Shown: one piece after another, positions 9,913 to 21,182 of the stretch
Layout of the letters: each line of letters begins with the position of its first letter
Position numbering within the stretch: position 1 is the stretch's first letter
Assembly (NCBI GenBank): GCA_964627805.1
Contig: CAZVLA010000004.1
Span: 5,310-69,309, forward strand
Length of the DNA stretch: 64,000 bases
Reading direction: 5' to 3'
Origin: an uncultured Desulfurococcaceae archaeon
GTDB lineage: Archaea > Thermoproteota > Thermoprotei_A > Sulfolobales > NBVN01
Notes under the pieces: model-generated
The model's input: only the letters and a program-made list of their open reading frames with translations
Database searches by the model: none
Told to the model about the DNA's origin: nothing
Made by a program: the position numbers and the translations under genes

Positions 9913-10170
9913 TTGAGTGTCCCTATGCCGCTCGCAGTAGTTTTAATAAATACCGAGATAGGGACTGAGAATGAAGTTATGAACACATTAGCGAAGATAG
10001 AGGGTGTTAAGGAGATCTATGAAGTCTATGGTATGTACGATATTGTGGTACTTGTTGAGGCTAAAACTCATGAGGCGTTAAGGGAATTAGTAATCAATAA
10101 AATAAGGAGGATACCTCAAGTTAGAGGAACGACTACAATGATAGTTATTGAGAGTAAGAAAGTTAAGTAA
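9913..10170 (+). CDS. stand-alone Lrp/AsnC-type ligand-binding (RAM) domain protein
   Basis: 85 aa. The sequence VLINTEIGTENEVMNTLAKIEGVKEIYEVYGMYDIVVLVEA..RIPQVRGTTTMIVI has the ferredoxin-like RAM pattern. Confidence 0.6.
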   Translation: MSVPMPLAVVLINTEIGTENEVMNTLAKIEGVKEIYEVYGMYDIVVLVEAKTHEALRELVINKIRRIPQVRGTTTMIVIESKKVK

Positions 10171-10243
10171 TTAGTTAGTACTAACTCGTCCGAGTTAATT
10201 TAATAACTTTTTCTCCTCTTTAAATTAGTACTGTGAATTAATG

Positions 10244-11857
10244 TTAGTACTTTAGAGTGTGCTTATTCATCGACTTAAGTAATTCCAGAAATATAGGTGA
10301 TGGTCTTAACGGTCTACTTCTGAATTCAGGGTGTGCTTGAGTACCTAGGAAGTACCTATAGTCCTTAAGCTCCATTATTTCAGGGAACCCCTCAATACCG
10401 TAGCCGCTAACTATGAATCCAGATTCTTCAAACTTATCTACATACTTAGGATTTACTTGGTACCTATGCCTGTGTCTTTCATAAATTACTGACTTCCTGT
10501 ATATTCTGTACGCTAGGGTATCCCTAACGATCTTTATGGGTAAAGCACCTAGCCTCATAGTACCTCCCTTATAGATAATTCCCCTCTGCATGCTGAGTAA
10601 GTCAACTACTGGGTAAGGTGTATCAGGTTTTATCTCGGTGCTGTGAGCGTCCTTAAGACCAAGTACGTTCCTGGCGAATTCAACAACCATCATCTGAAGC
10701 CCGAAGCATATGCCTAACGTAGGAATTTCTGACTCCCTCAAGTACTTTATAGCCTTAATCTTACCTTCAGCACCCCGCTCGCCAAATCCTGGGAGGATTA
10801 TGGCTCCATCAACAGTACTAAGGACTTCCTCAACGCTTAATTTACCTCTTTCGATGTCCGTTGCTTCAATCCATACAAACTCTGGTCTAATTGATTCGTA
10901 GGCTGCTGCATGCTTAACCGCCTCTATTATGCTTAAGTAACTATCATGCAGTTTAGTGTACTTACCTACCATGCCTATCCTTACGTAGTATTTAGGGTTC
11001 TTTAACTTCCTAACGAACTCCTCCCATTTACTTAGGTCCGGTTCTCTATATTCTAACCCTAGCCTTTTGGCTACTACTCTATGATAGCCTTGAGCTCTTA
11101 GTATTAAAGGTACTTCATATATCGTACTTACGTCATAGTTACTGAAGACTGCCTCCCTAGGTACGTTGCCGTAGAGTGATATCTTCCTTACTGACTCACT
11201 ATTTAGCGGTTGAGGGCACCTAGCAACTATTATGTCTGGCTGAATACCTATTCTCCTTAACTCTTGAATACTGTGCTGGGCGGGTTTAGTTTTCTGTTCT
11301 TTAGTAGTAGTTAGTATGGGTACTAAAACGACGTGAATGAATAACGTATTCTCGAAACCCTCCTCAAGCCTCATCTGCCTAACGGCTTCAAGGAACGGCA
11401 GTCCCTCAATATCACCTACTGTCCCCCCTATCTCAACTATCGTAACGTCACTTCCCTGCTCTTCAGAAACCTCCCTAATCTCCCTCTTGATCTCGTCAGT
11501 TACGTGCGGTATTATCTGAACTGTCTGCCCTAAATAGTCTCCCCTCCTCTCGCGCTCGATAACGGTTAGGTACACCTTCCCAGTAGTGATGTTATTTTTC
11601 TTACTTAGGTTCCTCCCTAAGAACCTCTCGTAATGTCCTAGGTCAAGGTCGGTTTCCCCACCATCCTCAGTTACGAATACCTCACCATGCATGTAGGGAT
11701 TCATGGTTCCTGCATCAACATTTACGTAAGGATCTATCTTGATCGCTGTTACGTTATATCCCATAGACTGAAGGAGTAATGCTGTAGAAGCAGTGGTTAC
11801 TCCCTTGCCTAGTCCAGAGAGTACACCACCCGTTATGAAGATGTACTTCCTACTCAT
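10244..11857 (-). CDS. pyrG: CTP synthase
   Basis: [38 protein letters not shown], and a glutamine amidotransferase half with GICFGLQ and HRHRYQVN. Confidence 0.95.
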   Translation of the reverse strand: MSRKYIFITGGVLSGLGKGVTTASTALLLQSMGYNVTAIKIDPYVNVDAGTMNPYMHGEVFVTEDGGETDLDLGHYERFLGRNLSKKNNITTGKVYLTVIERERRGDYLGQTVQIIPHVTDEIKREIREVSEEQGSDVTIVEIGGTVGDIEGLPFLEAVRQMRLEEGFENTLFIHVVLVPILTTTKEQKTKPAQHSIQELRRIGIQPDIIVARCPQPLNSESVRKISLYGNVPREAVFSNYDVSTIYEVPLILRAQGYHRVVAKRLGLEYREPDLSKWEEFVRKLKNPKYYVRIGMVGKYTKLHDSYLSIIEAVKHAAAYESIRPEFVWIEATDIERGKLSVEEVLSTVDGAIILPGFGERGAEGKIKAIKYLRESEIPTLGICFGLQMMVVEFARNVLGLKDAHSTEIKPDTPYPVVDLLSMQRGIIYKGGTMRLGALPIKIVRDTLAYRIYRKSVIYERHRHRYQVNPKYVDKFEESGFIVSGYGIEGFPEIMELKDYRYFLGTQAHPEFRSRPLRPSPIFLELLKSMNKHTLKY

Positions 11858-12013
11858 ACAGTACCATCAAATAATAATCTTAGTTTAGCACCCCTAAAAC
11901 AGTGTTGACTAGATGACGATTATGCAGTAACTAACCACATACTACTAAGCAATGGGGTGCAGGTCTTATAAGGAAGGAGTAAGTAGAAAGCTCAATACAT
12001 AGGTTATGGAGGT

Positions 12014-15000
12014 ATGATATACAGAGGACTATGCCCGAATTGCGGAGGGCCTATTAGTGAGCATAGGCTAAGATTAGGGCTACCATGCAGTAAGTGCTTA
12101 CCTAAGGAGCATGTTGGGAGGGTACGTGACCTTAATGAATTAAGGGACATACTAATTAGTAGCGGTAAGGCTAAAAAACTAATTAACTTATTCCTACTTA
12201 AGGACGAGCTTCACGACTTTGAGGAATTCTTTAAGAAACGTCAGGGAGGTAAGGTACTCTGGAGTATTCAGAGGGCATGGGCTAAGAGAATGCTTAATAA
12301 TGAGTCCTTCGCCTTGATAGCACCTACAGGCGTAGGTAAGACCACCTTACTAGAGACGTACGCAGTTTACCGCGCATTTAAGGGATGTAGGGTCATGTAT
12401 ATAGTACCGACTAGGGAGTTAATGAAGCAAGTAAGTAACGCCTTAAGTATGATTAGTAGGGGCTTAAGTACTAGGATAATTACGTCGGATGAGTTCAAGA
12501 GCTTAAGTAATGAGGTATCAAGGACTAGGAACCTTGTATTAGTAACTACTCACGCGTTTATACATAGGAATAAGGAACTACTAAGTAATCAACATTTTGA
12601 CGTAGTAATAGTTGATGACTTCGATGCATTAATGAAGTCCTCCAACGTATTAAACGTAGTTCTTAAGGTACTTGGGATTAATGAAGAAGCTATTAAGCTA
12701 GCTAATAAGGTAGTTAATTTAAAGAATGAGGCGTTATTCTATAGGATTGTAGGTAATGAGGAAAAGTTAAAGGAAATACATAACGAGCTATATGAGGCTG
12801 AATTAAGTTTAGCTAAGGTACTTAATTACTCGAACGTAGGTCAGTTACTCATAGCTAGTGCTACAGGACGTGCTAAGGGGCAGAGAGCTAAGATACTGAG
12901 AGAGTTACTGGGTTTTGAAATAGGCTCTATACTTGACTACATGAGGAATCTCATTGAGGTCGCTGAGCCAATCGATTCGGTTAATCTTAAATCATTACTT
13001 AGTAAATTACATGGAGGTACGTTAATATTCGTTAGTAAGGATCTAGGAATAGGCTATGCTAAGGAATTAGTTGAGGAGTTAAGGAGTTGGGGTTTAAGAG
13101 CTGAGGTAGCACGTAGTAGGAAGGCGCTTGATTTACTAAGGAAGGGTGATGTAGATATCTTAGTAGGTATAGCTACGTACTACGGAATATTAACGAGAGG
13201 TATTGATGAACCATTAAGGATATATAACACAATATTCATAGGTGTACCTAAGTTTGAGGTGCCTATCGACAACATCTTAGAGAATCCGTTAGGGCTAATT
13301 AAAGTAGTTACGCAATTACAGAGATATGGTTACGTAATTAACGATGAGTGCAGGTCATTACTGAATAGGCTAAGTAAGTTAAGCCCAGTTAAGGTAAAGG
13401 TATTATCACTAGGTATAAAGAGGAAGCTAGAACTTACTCAACCACTAAGTGAATTAGCTAATGATGTAATTAAGGTAATTAACAATGTTAAGGAATTTAT
13501 GAAGAGTAAGGTTAAGGAATTAGGTAAGTTAGTGTTTGACACGTTCATAGTCATTAAGAAGAGTAGGGGGCTATACGCTCAAATACCTGACGTAATGACG
13601 TACATACAAGCCTCGGGAAGATGCAGTAGGTTACTTAAGGGTAGGATGACCTTAGGTCTATCAATACTACTCTACGAGGACGAAGATCTCTTCAAGATCT
13701 TTACTAATAAGTTAAGGAATTACGTAATTACTTATAACCCAGTACGACTAAGTGAGTTAGAGATCAGTAAGGTCATTAGGGAACAGATAAGAAGTAGGAG
13801 GATAGATAATAGGGGTTCAGGAGTAGTTACTAATAAGATTAAGTCGGTACTAATGATTGTTGAATCACCTACTAAGGCTAGGACTATTGCTAAGATGTTC
13901 GGCAGACCCGGTAGGAGGTATTTAGGCGATTACGTAGCTTACGAAACTGTAGTAACGATTAATGATGAGGTCTTAGTAACTACCATAGCACCTACGTTAG
14001 GACACATATACGACTTAGTTGTTGATGAAGGACTCTACGGTGTTTCCTTAAGTAACAATAACTTAACACCAATATACACAACCATTAAGAGGTGTAGGGA
14101 TTGTGGCTACCAATTTACCGAGGATAGTAAGTCATGCCCTAGATGCGGATCCATTAGGATTAGAGATAGTTCAATCGTTGTTAATGCCCTCAGGAAGTTA
14201 GTGCAGGAAGTTGATTTAGTAATACTAGCTACTGACCCCGATGAGGAGGGCGAGAAAATTGCATATGACGTCTACCTAACGTTGAGGCCCTACATAAGTA
14301 AGTTCGTCAGGATAGAGTTCCATGAGATAACACGTCGTGAAATACTTAATGCCTTGTTGAGGCCTAGGGACATAGATATGAGGAGAGTTGATTCACAAAT
14401 CGTTAGACGTGTTGATGACAGATTAATAGGTTTCGAGCTCAGTAACGTACTCAAGAAGAGATTCAATAAGTACTGGTTAGGAGGTGGTAGGGTTCAGACG
14501 CCGGTACTTAAGTGGGTGGTTGATAGGTATGGTCAATACCTTAAGGAGAGGGGTTACTACGTTAGGTTAAGTGTAGATGATCAGCTTAAGGTGGTGTTCT
14601 TCACAAAGGATAAGGAGTTAGCTAAGTCGGTAGCTAATAAGGCGTTAGAGAATGGAGTTGTGTTAATTAAGGTTAGGGAGGAGGAAAGAGTAGTTAATCC
14701 GAAACCACCATATACTACAGATACGCTACTCTCTGAAGCAACTAAGGTGCTTAAATTATCACCTAATAAGGTCATGAAGTTAGCTCAAGACCTCTTCGAG
14801 TTGGGCTTCATTACGTACCATAGAACTGACAGTACACACGTATCAAGCGTAGGTATCGAGATAGCTAAGGAGTACTTAAACACGTTAGGTTTAGCTAATT
14901 ACCTATATCCAAGGTCTTGGGGTGGTCAGGGAACGCATGAATGTATAAGACCTACTAAAGCTGTTGATTCCTTGGATAAACTACTTAGCTTAACTATGCA

Positions 15001-15685
15001 GGCTAACCTAACATGGTACCATAAGAGGTTATATGAGTTAATATTTAAGAGATTCGTAGCTAGTCAAATGCCTCCCGCTAGGATAGTGTATGCCATAGTT
15101 AGGGTTAAGGTTGGTGATGTTGACTTAGGAACCCTCGAATTACCTATTAAGGTAATTGAGGAGGGATTCACTAAGGTACTGGATGTGAGGCTTCATGAAT
15201 ACCTAAGTGAGTTAGTATGTGGTGAAGAAGTTACGATGAAGGTATCTAAGGCTAAGGTGTTTAGAGGGTCTAGAGTTAGGTTATACACGTCAGCTGATGT
15301 GATTAAGTTAATGAAGGAATCAGGTATAGGGAGGCCAAGTACTTACGCCAAGGCTATAGAGAATAACTTAAGGCATGGGTACGTAATAGAGTCTAAGAAG
15401 AGGTTGTACTTAATACCTACGAAGCTAGGTATTGAGGTTAAGAACTACATAGAGAGTAATTACCCTGAATTAGTAAGTACTGAAGCTACGAGAGAGCTTG
15501 AGAAGTTGCTAGATACTGTTAAAAGCGGTGCCTTAAGTAGGGATGTAGCTTTACTGGTGGTCCTAGCTGATTTAGCTAGAGTCATGACTAGAGATGTATT
15601 GGTAAGGACCCACTCAGAGACTTCCTTAATTAATTCACTAAACACCCCCGCAAGCACTAATGACTCTACAGTACTCTCTCAATGA
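12014..15685 (+). CDS. rgy: reverse gyrase
   Basis: 1223 aa. N-terminal zinc finger CPNCGG..CSKC, helicase-like domain (APTGVGKTT, VIVDDFD), then topoisomerase IA module (Toprim LMIVESPTKA, DPDEEGEKIA, active-site region YHRTDS). Confidence 0.95.
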   Translation: MIYRGLCPNCGGPISEHRLRLGLPCSKCLPKEHVGRVRDLNELRDILISSGKAKKLINLFLLKDELHDFEEFFKKRQGGKVLWSIQRAWAKRMLNNESFALIAPTGVGKTTLLETYAVYRAFKGCRVMYIVPTRELMKQVSNALSMISRGLSTRIITSDEFKSLSNEVSRTRNLVLVTTHAFIHRNKELLSNQHFDVVIVDDFDALMKSSNVLNVVLKVLGINEEAIKLANKVVNLKNEALFYRIVGNEEKLKEIHNELYEAELSLAKVLNYSNVGQLLIASATGRAKGQRAKILRELLGFEIGSILDYMRNLIEVAEPIDSVNLKSLLSKLHGGTLIFVSKDLGIGYAKELVEELRSWGLRAEVARSRKALDLLRKGDVDILVGIATYYGILTRGIDEPLRIYNTIFIGVPKFEVPIDNILENPLGLIKVVTQLQRYGYVINDECRSLLNRLSKLSPVKVKVLSLGIKRKLELTQPLSELANDVIKVINNVKEFMKSKVKELGKLVFDTFIVIKKSRGLYAQIPDVMTYIQASGRCSRLLKGRMTLGLSILLYEDEDLFKIFTNKLRNYVITYNPVRLSELEISKVIREQIRSRRIDNRGSGVVTNKIKSVLMIVESPTKARTIAKMFGRPGRRYLGDYVAYETVVTINDEVLVTTIAPTLGHIYDLVVDEGLYGVSLSNNNLTPIYTTIKRCRDCGYQFTEDSKSCPRCGSIRIRDSSIVVNALRKLVQEVDLVILATDPDEEGEKIAYDVYLTLRPYISKFVRIEFHEITRREILNALLRPRDIDMRRVDSQIVRRVDDRLIGFELSNVLKKRFNKYWLGGGRVQTPVLKWVVDRYGQYLKERGYYVRLSVDDQLKVVFFTKDKELAKSVANKALENGVVLIKVREEERVVNPKPPYTTDTLLSEATKVLKLSPNKVMKLAQDLFELGFITYHRTDSTHVSSVGIEIAKEYLNTLGLANYLYPRSWGGQGTHECIRPTKAVDSLDKLLSLTMQANLTWYHKRLYELIFKRFVASQMPPARIVYAIVRVKVGDVDLGTLELPIKVIEEGFTKVLDVRLHEYLSELVCGEEVTMKVSKAKVFRGSRVRLYTSADVIKLMKESGIGRPSTYAKAIENNLRHGYVIESKKRLYLIPTKLGIEVKNYIESNYPELVSTEATRELEKLLDTVKSGALSRDVALLVVLADLARVMTRDVLVRTHSETSLINSLNTPASTNDSTVLSQ

Positions 15686-15932
15686 CTATCTCTATGAACG
15701 AGATGAGCTTACCTCTCCTATCCTCACTTCCTATTCTTACATCGCTTAACTTAATGGCGTCACCCATGCGGTCCTTAACTGCATTATAGACAGCTACAGC
15801 TTTAGAGATATTAGGTCCTCTTCCCCTAATAATTATTCTCTTAATGCCTTGATTCAGTAGTATCGCTATTGAGACTATATAGTCTATTACGGGCTTATTA
15901 CCTACGGTAATTCTACTTTCCTCGACACTCAC
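15666..15932 (-). CDS. Alba paralogue (Alba2-like)
   Basis: ITVGNKPVIDYIVSIAILLNQGIKRIIIRGRGPNISKAVAVYNAV has the Alba fold pattern but diverges from the copy at 6286. Its 3' end overlaps the rgy 3' end by 20 nt. Confidence 0.8.
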   Translation of the reverse strand: MSVEESRITVGNKPVIDYIVSIAILLNQGIKRIIIRGRGPNISKAVAVYNAVKDRMGDAIKLSDVRIGSEDRRGKLISFIEIVIERVL

Positions 15933-16039
15933 TCAGCACCACCTAATGTCTTTGGTTACATTGAGGTAAATATAGGTAATGGGTTTAAGATAGGAAAGCT
16001 TAAATAATCGTAGGTAACACTTCTTTAAGGTAATGTAGT

Positions 16040-16288
16040 ATGTTGCCAGCAAGAACCGAGACACCTTTGAGGACCTTAAGATCAGCCATAAGTAGGGAAG
16101 TATTAGTTAAGGTTAAGGACGGTAACGCATATCATGGCAAGCTAATAATGACTGACTCGACCATGAATGTAGTAATGATTGATTGTGAAGAGTTAAGTGC
16201 TGATGAGAAACCAGTAGCTAGGTACGGTACTGTATTGATAAGGGGTAGTCAGATACTCTACATAGTACTTGATTACACACGCAAGTAG
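16040..16288 (+). CDS. Sm-like archaeal protein (SmAP)
   Basis: Sm1/Sm2 pattern VLVKVKDGNAYHGKLIMTDSTMNVVMIDCEE ... VLIRGSQILYI. Confidence 0.75.
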   Translation: MLPARTETPLRTLRSAISREVLVKVKDGNAYHGKLIMTDSTMNVVMIDCEELSADEKPVARYGTVLIRGSQILYIVLDYTRK

Positions 16289-16402
16289 AGGTAATAGGTA
16301 GCTAATGAAAATACCTGCCTTGCCCCCACCTACCTAGTTAGGGTGCGTGTTGCGTATAATTCTGGTTAGCTGTACAGTAATGTTTAGGTGATATTGAAAA
16401 CT

Positions 16403-16413
16403 TTTAATTTATC
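16403..16413 (+). promoter_or_regulatory. TATA-box-like element upstream of the SAM synthetase gene
   Basis: TTTTAATTTAT lies 30-40 nt upstream of ATG 16443. Confidence 0.35.
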
Positions 16414-16442
16414 TACACCCCCTACACACATAGGTAAGTACA

Positions 16443-17666
16443 ATGCCTAGGAACATACTTGTCGAGGTAATTGAGAGGGAGCCGGTAGTTAATCAGAGAG
16501 TAGAGCTAGTCGAAAGGAAGGGTTTAGGGCATCCGGACTACATAGCTGATGCGGCATCGGAGGTTTCTAGTCTCGAATTATCTAAGTACTACTTAAGTAA
16601 GTACGGCGCTATACTGCATCATAACCTAGATAAGGTATTACTGGTTGGAGGGCAGGCAAGACCTACCTTCGGCGGCGGAGAGGTTATTCACCCGATTTAC
16701 ATAATAGTTGCCGGTAGAGCTACTGAGTACGTAATGAGGAAGGACGGTAGTATCGAGCGCGTACCAGTAGGTACTATAGTTATAAACGCCGTTAAGAGCT
16801 GGATTAAGAGGAACTTCAGATTCCTAGACCCTGAGAAGCACGTCGTAGTTGATTACATGATTAGAAGCGGTAGTACGGATCTAGTGGGTGTTTTCGAGTT
16901 AGGACTTAAGGGTAAGCCATTAGCTAATGACACTAGTTTCGGCGTGGGTTACGCACCCTTAACTACCTTGGAGAGGCTCGTACTCGAGACTGAGAGGTAC
17001 TTAAACTCTAAGGAGTTAAAGATGAAGTTACCTGAGGTAGGTGAAGACATTAAAGTTATGGGGTTAAGAACGGATAAGAAGATAAAGCTAACTATAGCTA
17101 TGGCGACCATATCAGCGTTAATACCAGATCTGGATCATTACCTATCAGTTAAGGAGGAGGTTCTTGAGAGGGTACGTGATTTAGCATGTAAGATAGCTTC
17201 AGATTACGACGTTGAGGTATATGTGAATACAGCTGATAAACCTGATAAAGGTATCGTATACTTAACAGTAACTGGTACGTCAGCTGAGCATGGAGATGAT
17301 GGGATGACTGGTAGGGGCAACAGAGCTAATGGCTTAATCACCCCCTTAAGACCTATGAGCTTAGAAGCAACAGCTGGTAAGAACCCAGTAAGTCACGTAG
17401 GTAAGATCTATAACGTACTAGCGTTTAAGATAGCTAATAGGGTAGTTAAAGAGGTAAGCGGTATTGAGGAGATATACGTTGAATTACTATCACAGATAGG
17501 TCACCCAATAGACCAACCACTAGCTGCTGTAGCTAAGATAATACCTACTAAAGGCGCATCACTAAGTTCATTAAAGTCTGATGTGGAGTCAATAATTAAT
17601 GAAGAGCTGGAGAAAATTACAGACATAACTAACTTAATAGTAAAGGGTGAAGCAATGTTATTCTAG
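16443..17666 (+). CDS. archaeal-type S-adenosylmethionine synthetase
   Basis: 407 aa. [14 protein letters not shown], and [24 protein letters not shown], are characteristic of the archaeal MAT family. Confidence 0.9.
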   Translation: MPRNILVEVIEREPVVNQRVELVERKGLGHPDYIADAASEVSSLELSKYYLSKYGAILHHNLDKVLLVGGQARPTFGGGEVIHPIYIIVAGRATEYVMRKDGSIERVPVGTIVINAVKSWIKRNFRFLDPEKHVVVDYMIRSGSTDLVGVFELGLKGKPLANDTSFGVGYAPLTTLERLVLETERYLNSKELKMKLPEVGEDIKVMGLRTDKKIKLTIAMATISALIPDLDHYLSVKEEVLERVRDLACKIASDYDVEVYVNTADKPDKGIVYLTVTGTSAEHGDDGMTGRGNRANGLITPLRPMSLEATAGKNPVSHVGKIYNVLAFKIANRVVKEVSGIEEIYVELLSQIGHPIDQPLAAVAKIIPTKGASLSSLKSDVESIINEELEKITDITNLIVKGEAMLF

Positions 17667-17767
17667 TGTATTTTTAATTTAACGAAATAACCAATAAATA
17701 ACTAAATCCCCTAGTTATATAGGTCAGTTTAATATAGATCTTGAGTATTTTGATTATTAGGTGATGT

Positions 17768-18736
17768 GTGAAACCGGGACTGAAGAGTGATGATAGGTCG
17801 GTGTCTGATAACTTAAAATCCTCCTTAAGTAATTACTTAGAGGTTGAGTTAGTGTTACTCGTGGATATATACAATGAATTAGAGAGTAATGATTTCAAAA
17901 TACTCAACTTACTTGACAGATTACTTAGTAAGTATGAGTACGTACCTATAGAGGTTATTGAAAATAAAGTAAAGATACCGCCTAAGGAACTCCATAGGAG
18001 ATTATCTAAGCTAAATAAACTTAAGGTGATTAAAAGGTCATTAGCTCCTTTCCACGGGTATAGATTAACTTACTTAGGGCTTGATTGTCTAGCCGTTAGG
18101 GATCTAGTTAGGAGAGGTGTTATTGCTTATTTAGGAACTATGGTTGGTATGGGTAAGGAGAGTGAGATCTACATAGCTAAGGATAGTGAAGGTAATGTTA
18201 TAGCGGTTAAGTTCTACAAGATAGGTAGGGTGAGTTTCCAGAAGGTAGTTAGGGTACGTTCATACTTAACCGACGAACCTAACTGGATGATACGCTCTAA
18301 AGTAGCTGCTGAGAGGGAGTTTAAGGCTCTAAAGGAATTAATGAACTACTCCAAGTACGTACCTAAGGTCTACGGCTGGAGTAGACATGCAGTAGTTACG
18401 GAGTATATTGAAGGTACCGAGTTATATAGGTACGCTGAGGCTAAGGACCCGCTAAGCATGTTGAGGAAGATCTTAAGTACTTTGAGGGACGCATACGTTA
18501 AGGTAGGTATAGTTCATGGAGACTTAAGCGAGTATAATGTAATGGTTAAGATAGAGAGTGAGGATCCTTACATAATTGACTGGCCTCAGTACGTATACCG
18601 TGATGACCCTGAACATGAGAGGTACTTGAGAAGAGACGTTGAGTACATCATTAAGTTCTTTAAACGTAAATACAGAGTTGAGATCGACGTGAGTACGGCT
18701 CTCTCATATGTTAAGGGGGAAATTAATGAGGTCTGA
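17768..18736 (+). CDS. rio2: RIO2-type serine protein kinase
   Basis: N-terminal winged helix (YRLTYLGLDCLA) followed by the RIO domain (GMGKESEIY, AVKFYKIGR, catalytic HGDLSEYNV, IIDWPQ). Confidence 0.8.
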   Translation: MKPGLKSDDRSVSDNLKSSLSNYLEVELVLLVDIYNELESNDFKILNLLDRLLSKYEYVPIEVIENKVKIPPKELHRRLSKLNKLKVIKRSLAPFHGYRLTYLGLDCLAVRDLVRRGVIAYLGTMVGMGKESEIYIAKDSEGNVIAVKFYKIGRVSFQKVVRVRSYLTDEPNWMIRSKVAAEREFKALKELMNYSKYVPKVYGWSRHAVVTEYIEGTELYRYAEAKDPLSMLRKILSTLRDAYVKVGIVHGDLSEYNVMVKIESEDPYIIDWPQYVYRDDPEHERYLRRDVEYIIKFFKRKYRVEIDVSTALSYVKGEINEV

Positions 18737-20807
18737 TAAGAAGGTAGTTGTTGGTGTGGACATAATAAGGTCCGGGGGTAATGACCTTAGTAAGTACCTA
18801 TACGCAATAGCCGTGGTTAGTAATGGTGTAGTTAAGAGAGTTGAGGAGGGTGGTTTAGGGAGGTTAGTAAGGATCTTATGGGATAATAAAGCCTCTGTAC
18901 TAGCTGTTGATAACATACTGGAACTAGGTGGTACTAAAAGGAACGTCATTAAATTACTGAAGCTCTTACCACCTGAGACTGAGGTTATTCAAGTAACTCT
19001 AGATGACGGCAAGTTTACGAGCTTAAGGGAGGTAGCTTTTAAGGCTGGATTAACTAGCGATAAAAGTAAGTTAGGGCCTGTAAGAACAGCGGTAACACTT
19101 GCTCTACTAGCTGAGAAGGGTGAGGGAACTAAGCTGAAGTTGTTTGAGAGGAAGGTTAAGATAATAGTAAGTAAGGGTAGGTCAGGGTACGCAGGCGGTT
19201 CAAGATCTGATAAGTACCAGAGGAACATGAGGGCAGCGGTATCTAGGGTTGTTAAGAAGATTAGGGAGGAATTAGAGAGAAGAGGCTTTGATTACGACGT
19301 GATGATTAGGAGGAGTAGGGGAGGTGTTGAGAGGGCTTTATTCATAGTCTATGCAGATAGGAAGGATCTTTACGGAGTAGTTGAAAAGTTAAGGGGGTAT
19401 GATGTTAAGGTTAGGATAAAGCCTGTAATAAATAGTAAGTTATTCGTGATTGATGAAGGTAGTGAGCAGAGGAAGTACTTAATAGTTGGTTATGACCCCG
19501 GCATAGAAGCTGGGTTAGCGGCACTTGATCTTAATGGTAATCCCGTACTTATTACATCAGGTAGGGAGTTAGATAGGGGTTCAGCATTATCTATACTATC
19601 CAAATACGGAGTAGTCACTGTAGTTGCTACAGACAAAAACCCTCCACCGGATGTGGTTAGAAAGTTAGCTTCGTCACTTAATGCTCAACTATACGTACCC
19701 CCACACTCATTAAGCACGAGTGAGAAGGAGTTAATTGTTAAGGAGTTCTGCGAAACCAAGGGCGTGCAGGTAAGAAATACTCACGAAAGGGACGCTCTTG
19801 CAGCAGCAATTAAGGCGTTAAGGACGTTCGAGCAGAAAATGAGTAAGCTTCAAGAAAGGATAAGGTTAATGGGCCTCAAGGTAAGTAACATACAGGAATA
19901 TAAGGTTAGGTTACTCCGTAATGAGCCGTTAAGTAGCATTATTGAGGATATAATCACTGATATGATAGCTAAGAGAAGTAAGGGTGAGAGTAGGAGTGAG
20001 GTTATTAAAGGTTTAATTAAGGAAGCTATAGCAAGTAGGTTTGAAGTTAGGGATAAAGAGAGGAGGATAAGGCACTTAACGAAGAAAGTTGAAAGGCTAA
20101 CTAAGGAAAATGAGCACCTTAGGAGTAAGATTAAGGAGTTGGAGTCGATTATTAGGGAGTATGAATATCAACTAACAATACTTAAGAACGAATTAAGTAG
20201 GGATGTACTCAAAGACAGGAAGATAATGGAGTTAACGCAGAGGTTAAACAATATGAGTAGGTACGTAAGTGAGTTGAGGAGAGAGATAGAGGAGTTAGGT
20301 AATGTAAATAATTCATTAAGGGAATTGATCAAGTCACTAGTTAGGGGAGACTTAGTAGCCACTAAGGTGGTGACTAACTTAGTAAGCGCTTTTGAATTAA
20401 AGAACGATTCATTAGTTATTGATGTTGATGATGAAAAATACAATCTACTCTACTTAAGCCTAAGTAGGGCTGCTTGCGTGAGTACTGAGTTAAGTAGGGA
20501 TGTAATAGAGTTACTAAGAAGCTCTAGGGTAGCTTTAATACTTCCCGACGATTGTAGGGAACTGGCTATTAGACTACGTAACTCGTACGTGCCAGCAGTA
20601 CCCGTGACTGGGGTAGTGGTTATTGATGATATCGCACTAACCAATGCTGAGATCATTAACGAGGTTAAGGGCTGTATTAAGGACATTAAGGAAGCTATAA
20701 GACGTGAGGAGGTTAGTGAATTAACCGAGGAGAAGCTCATTGAATTAATAAGTTCATACAGAAGCGAGAGGGTTAAGGAGAGGTTAGAATTAGGTGCTAA
20801 GGAGTAG
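18708..20807 (+). CDS. DUF460-family protein with long coiled-coil region
   Basis: 699 aa. YLIVGYDPGIEAGLAALDLNGNPV and VVATDKNPPPDVVRKLASSLNAQLYVP fit my recollection of archaeal DUF460 (RNase H-like core). A heptad-rich Glu/Lys/Arg segment spans aa 430-540. Confidence 0.5.
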   Translation: MLRGKLMRSDKKVVVGVDIIRSGGNDLSKYLYAIAVVSNGVVKRVEEGGLGRLVRILWDNKASVLAVDNILELGGTKRNVIKLLKLLPPETEVIQVTLDDGKFTSLREVAFKAGLTSDKSKLGPVRTAVTLALLAEKGEGTKLKLFERKVKIIVSKGRSGYAGGSRSDKYQRNMRAAVSRVVKKIREELERRGFDYDVMIRRSRGGVERALFIVYADRKDLYGVVEKLRGYDVKVRIKPVINSKLFVIDEGSEQRKYLIVGYDPGIEAGLAALDLNGNPVLITSGRELDRGSALSILSKYGVVTVVATDKNPPPDVVRKLASSLNAQLYVPPHSLSTSEKELIVKEFCETKGVQVRNTHERDALAAAIKALRTFEQKMSKLQERIRLMGLKVSNIQEYKVRLLRNEPLSSIIEDIITDMIAKRSKGESRSEVIKGLIKEAIASRFEVRDKERRIRHLTKKVERLTKENEHLRSKIKELESIIREYEYQLTILKNELSRDVLKDRKIMELTQRLNNMSRYVSELRREIEELGNVNNSLRELIKSLVRGDLVATKVVTNLVSAFELKNDSLVIDVDDEKYNLLYLSLSRAACVSTELSRDVIELLRSSRVALILPDDCRELAIRLRNSYVPAVPVTGVVVIDDIALTNAEIINEVKGCIKDIKEAIRREEVSELTEEKLIELISSYRSERVKERLELGAKE

Positions 20808-20837
20808 TTATTAATTCCCTAAGCTTAAGAGGGGTAG

Positions 20838-21182
20838 GTGTGCAGGGTGGGTAGGAAGAAGTTAATATTTAAGCAGATTTACGGACCCGACATATTAGAA
20901 GGTAGGAAAACATCGACTGTAAGGCTGTACTCACCCGTTAAAAAAGGCGATATAGTTGAGATTAGAGCTGGTAAAGTAAAAATAGGGACAGCGATCATCG
21001 AGGACGTTGAGATTAAGGAGGTTAGGGAATTAACTGATGAAGACGCAAACATAGACGGTTTTAGCAATCGTGAGGAACTCATAAGGGCTTTAAGGAGAAT
21101 ATATGGTAGCAGGATAAGTGACACGACTGAGGTTAAGTTAATTAAGTTTAAGTTAATCGGTAAGGAGGAATCTACTCCTTAA
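20838..21182 (+). CDS. ASCH-domain protein
   Basis: ILEGRKTSTVRL..KKGDIVEIRAG..EDA..GF fits the ASCH/PUA-like pattern. Confidence 0.55.
   Translation: MCRVGRKKLIFKQIYGPDILEGRKTSTVRLYSPVKKGDIVEIRAGKVKIGTAIIEDVEIKEVRELTDEDANIDGFSNREELIRALRRIYGSRISDTTEVKLIKFKLIGKEESTP

Noticed and set aside
10173-10186. Perfect 14-bp palindrome AGTTAGTACTAACT just after the stop of the RAM-domain gene
   Set aside because: A short A+T-rich palindrome between convergent genes is probably a chance feature or a minor 3'-end hairpin. It is not repeated elsewhere in the window.
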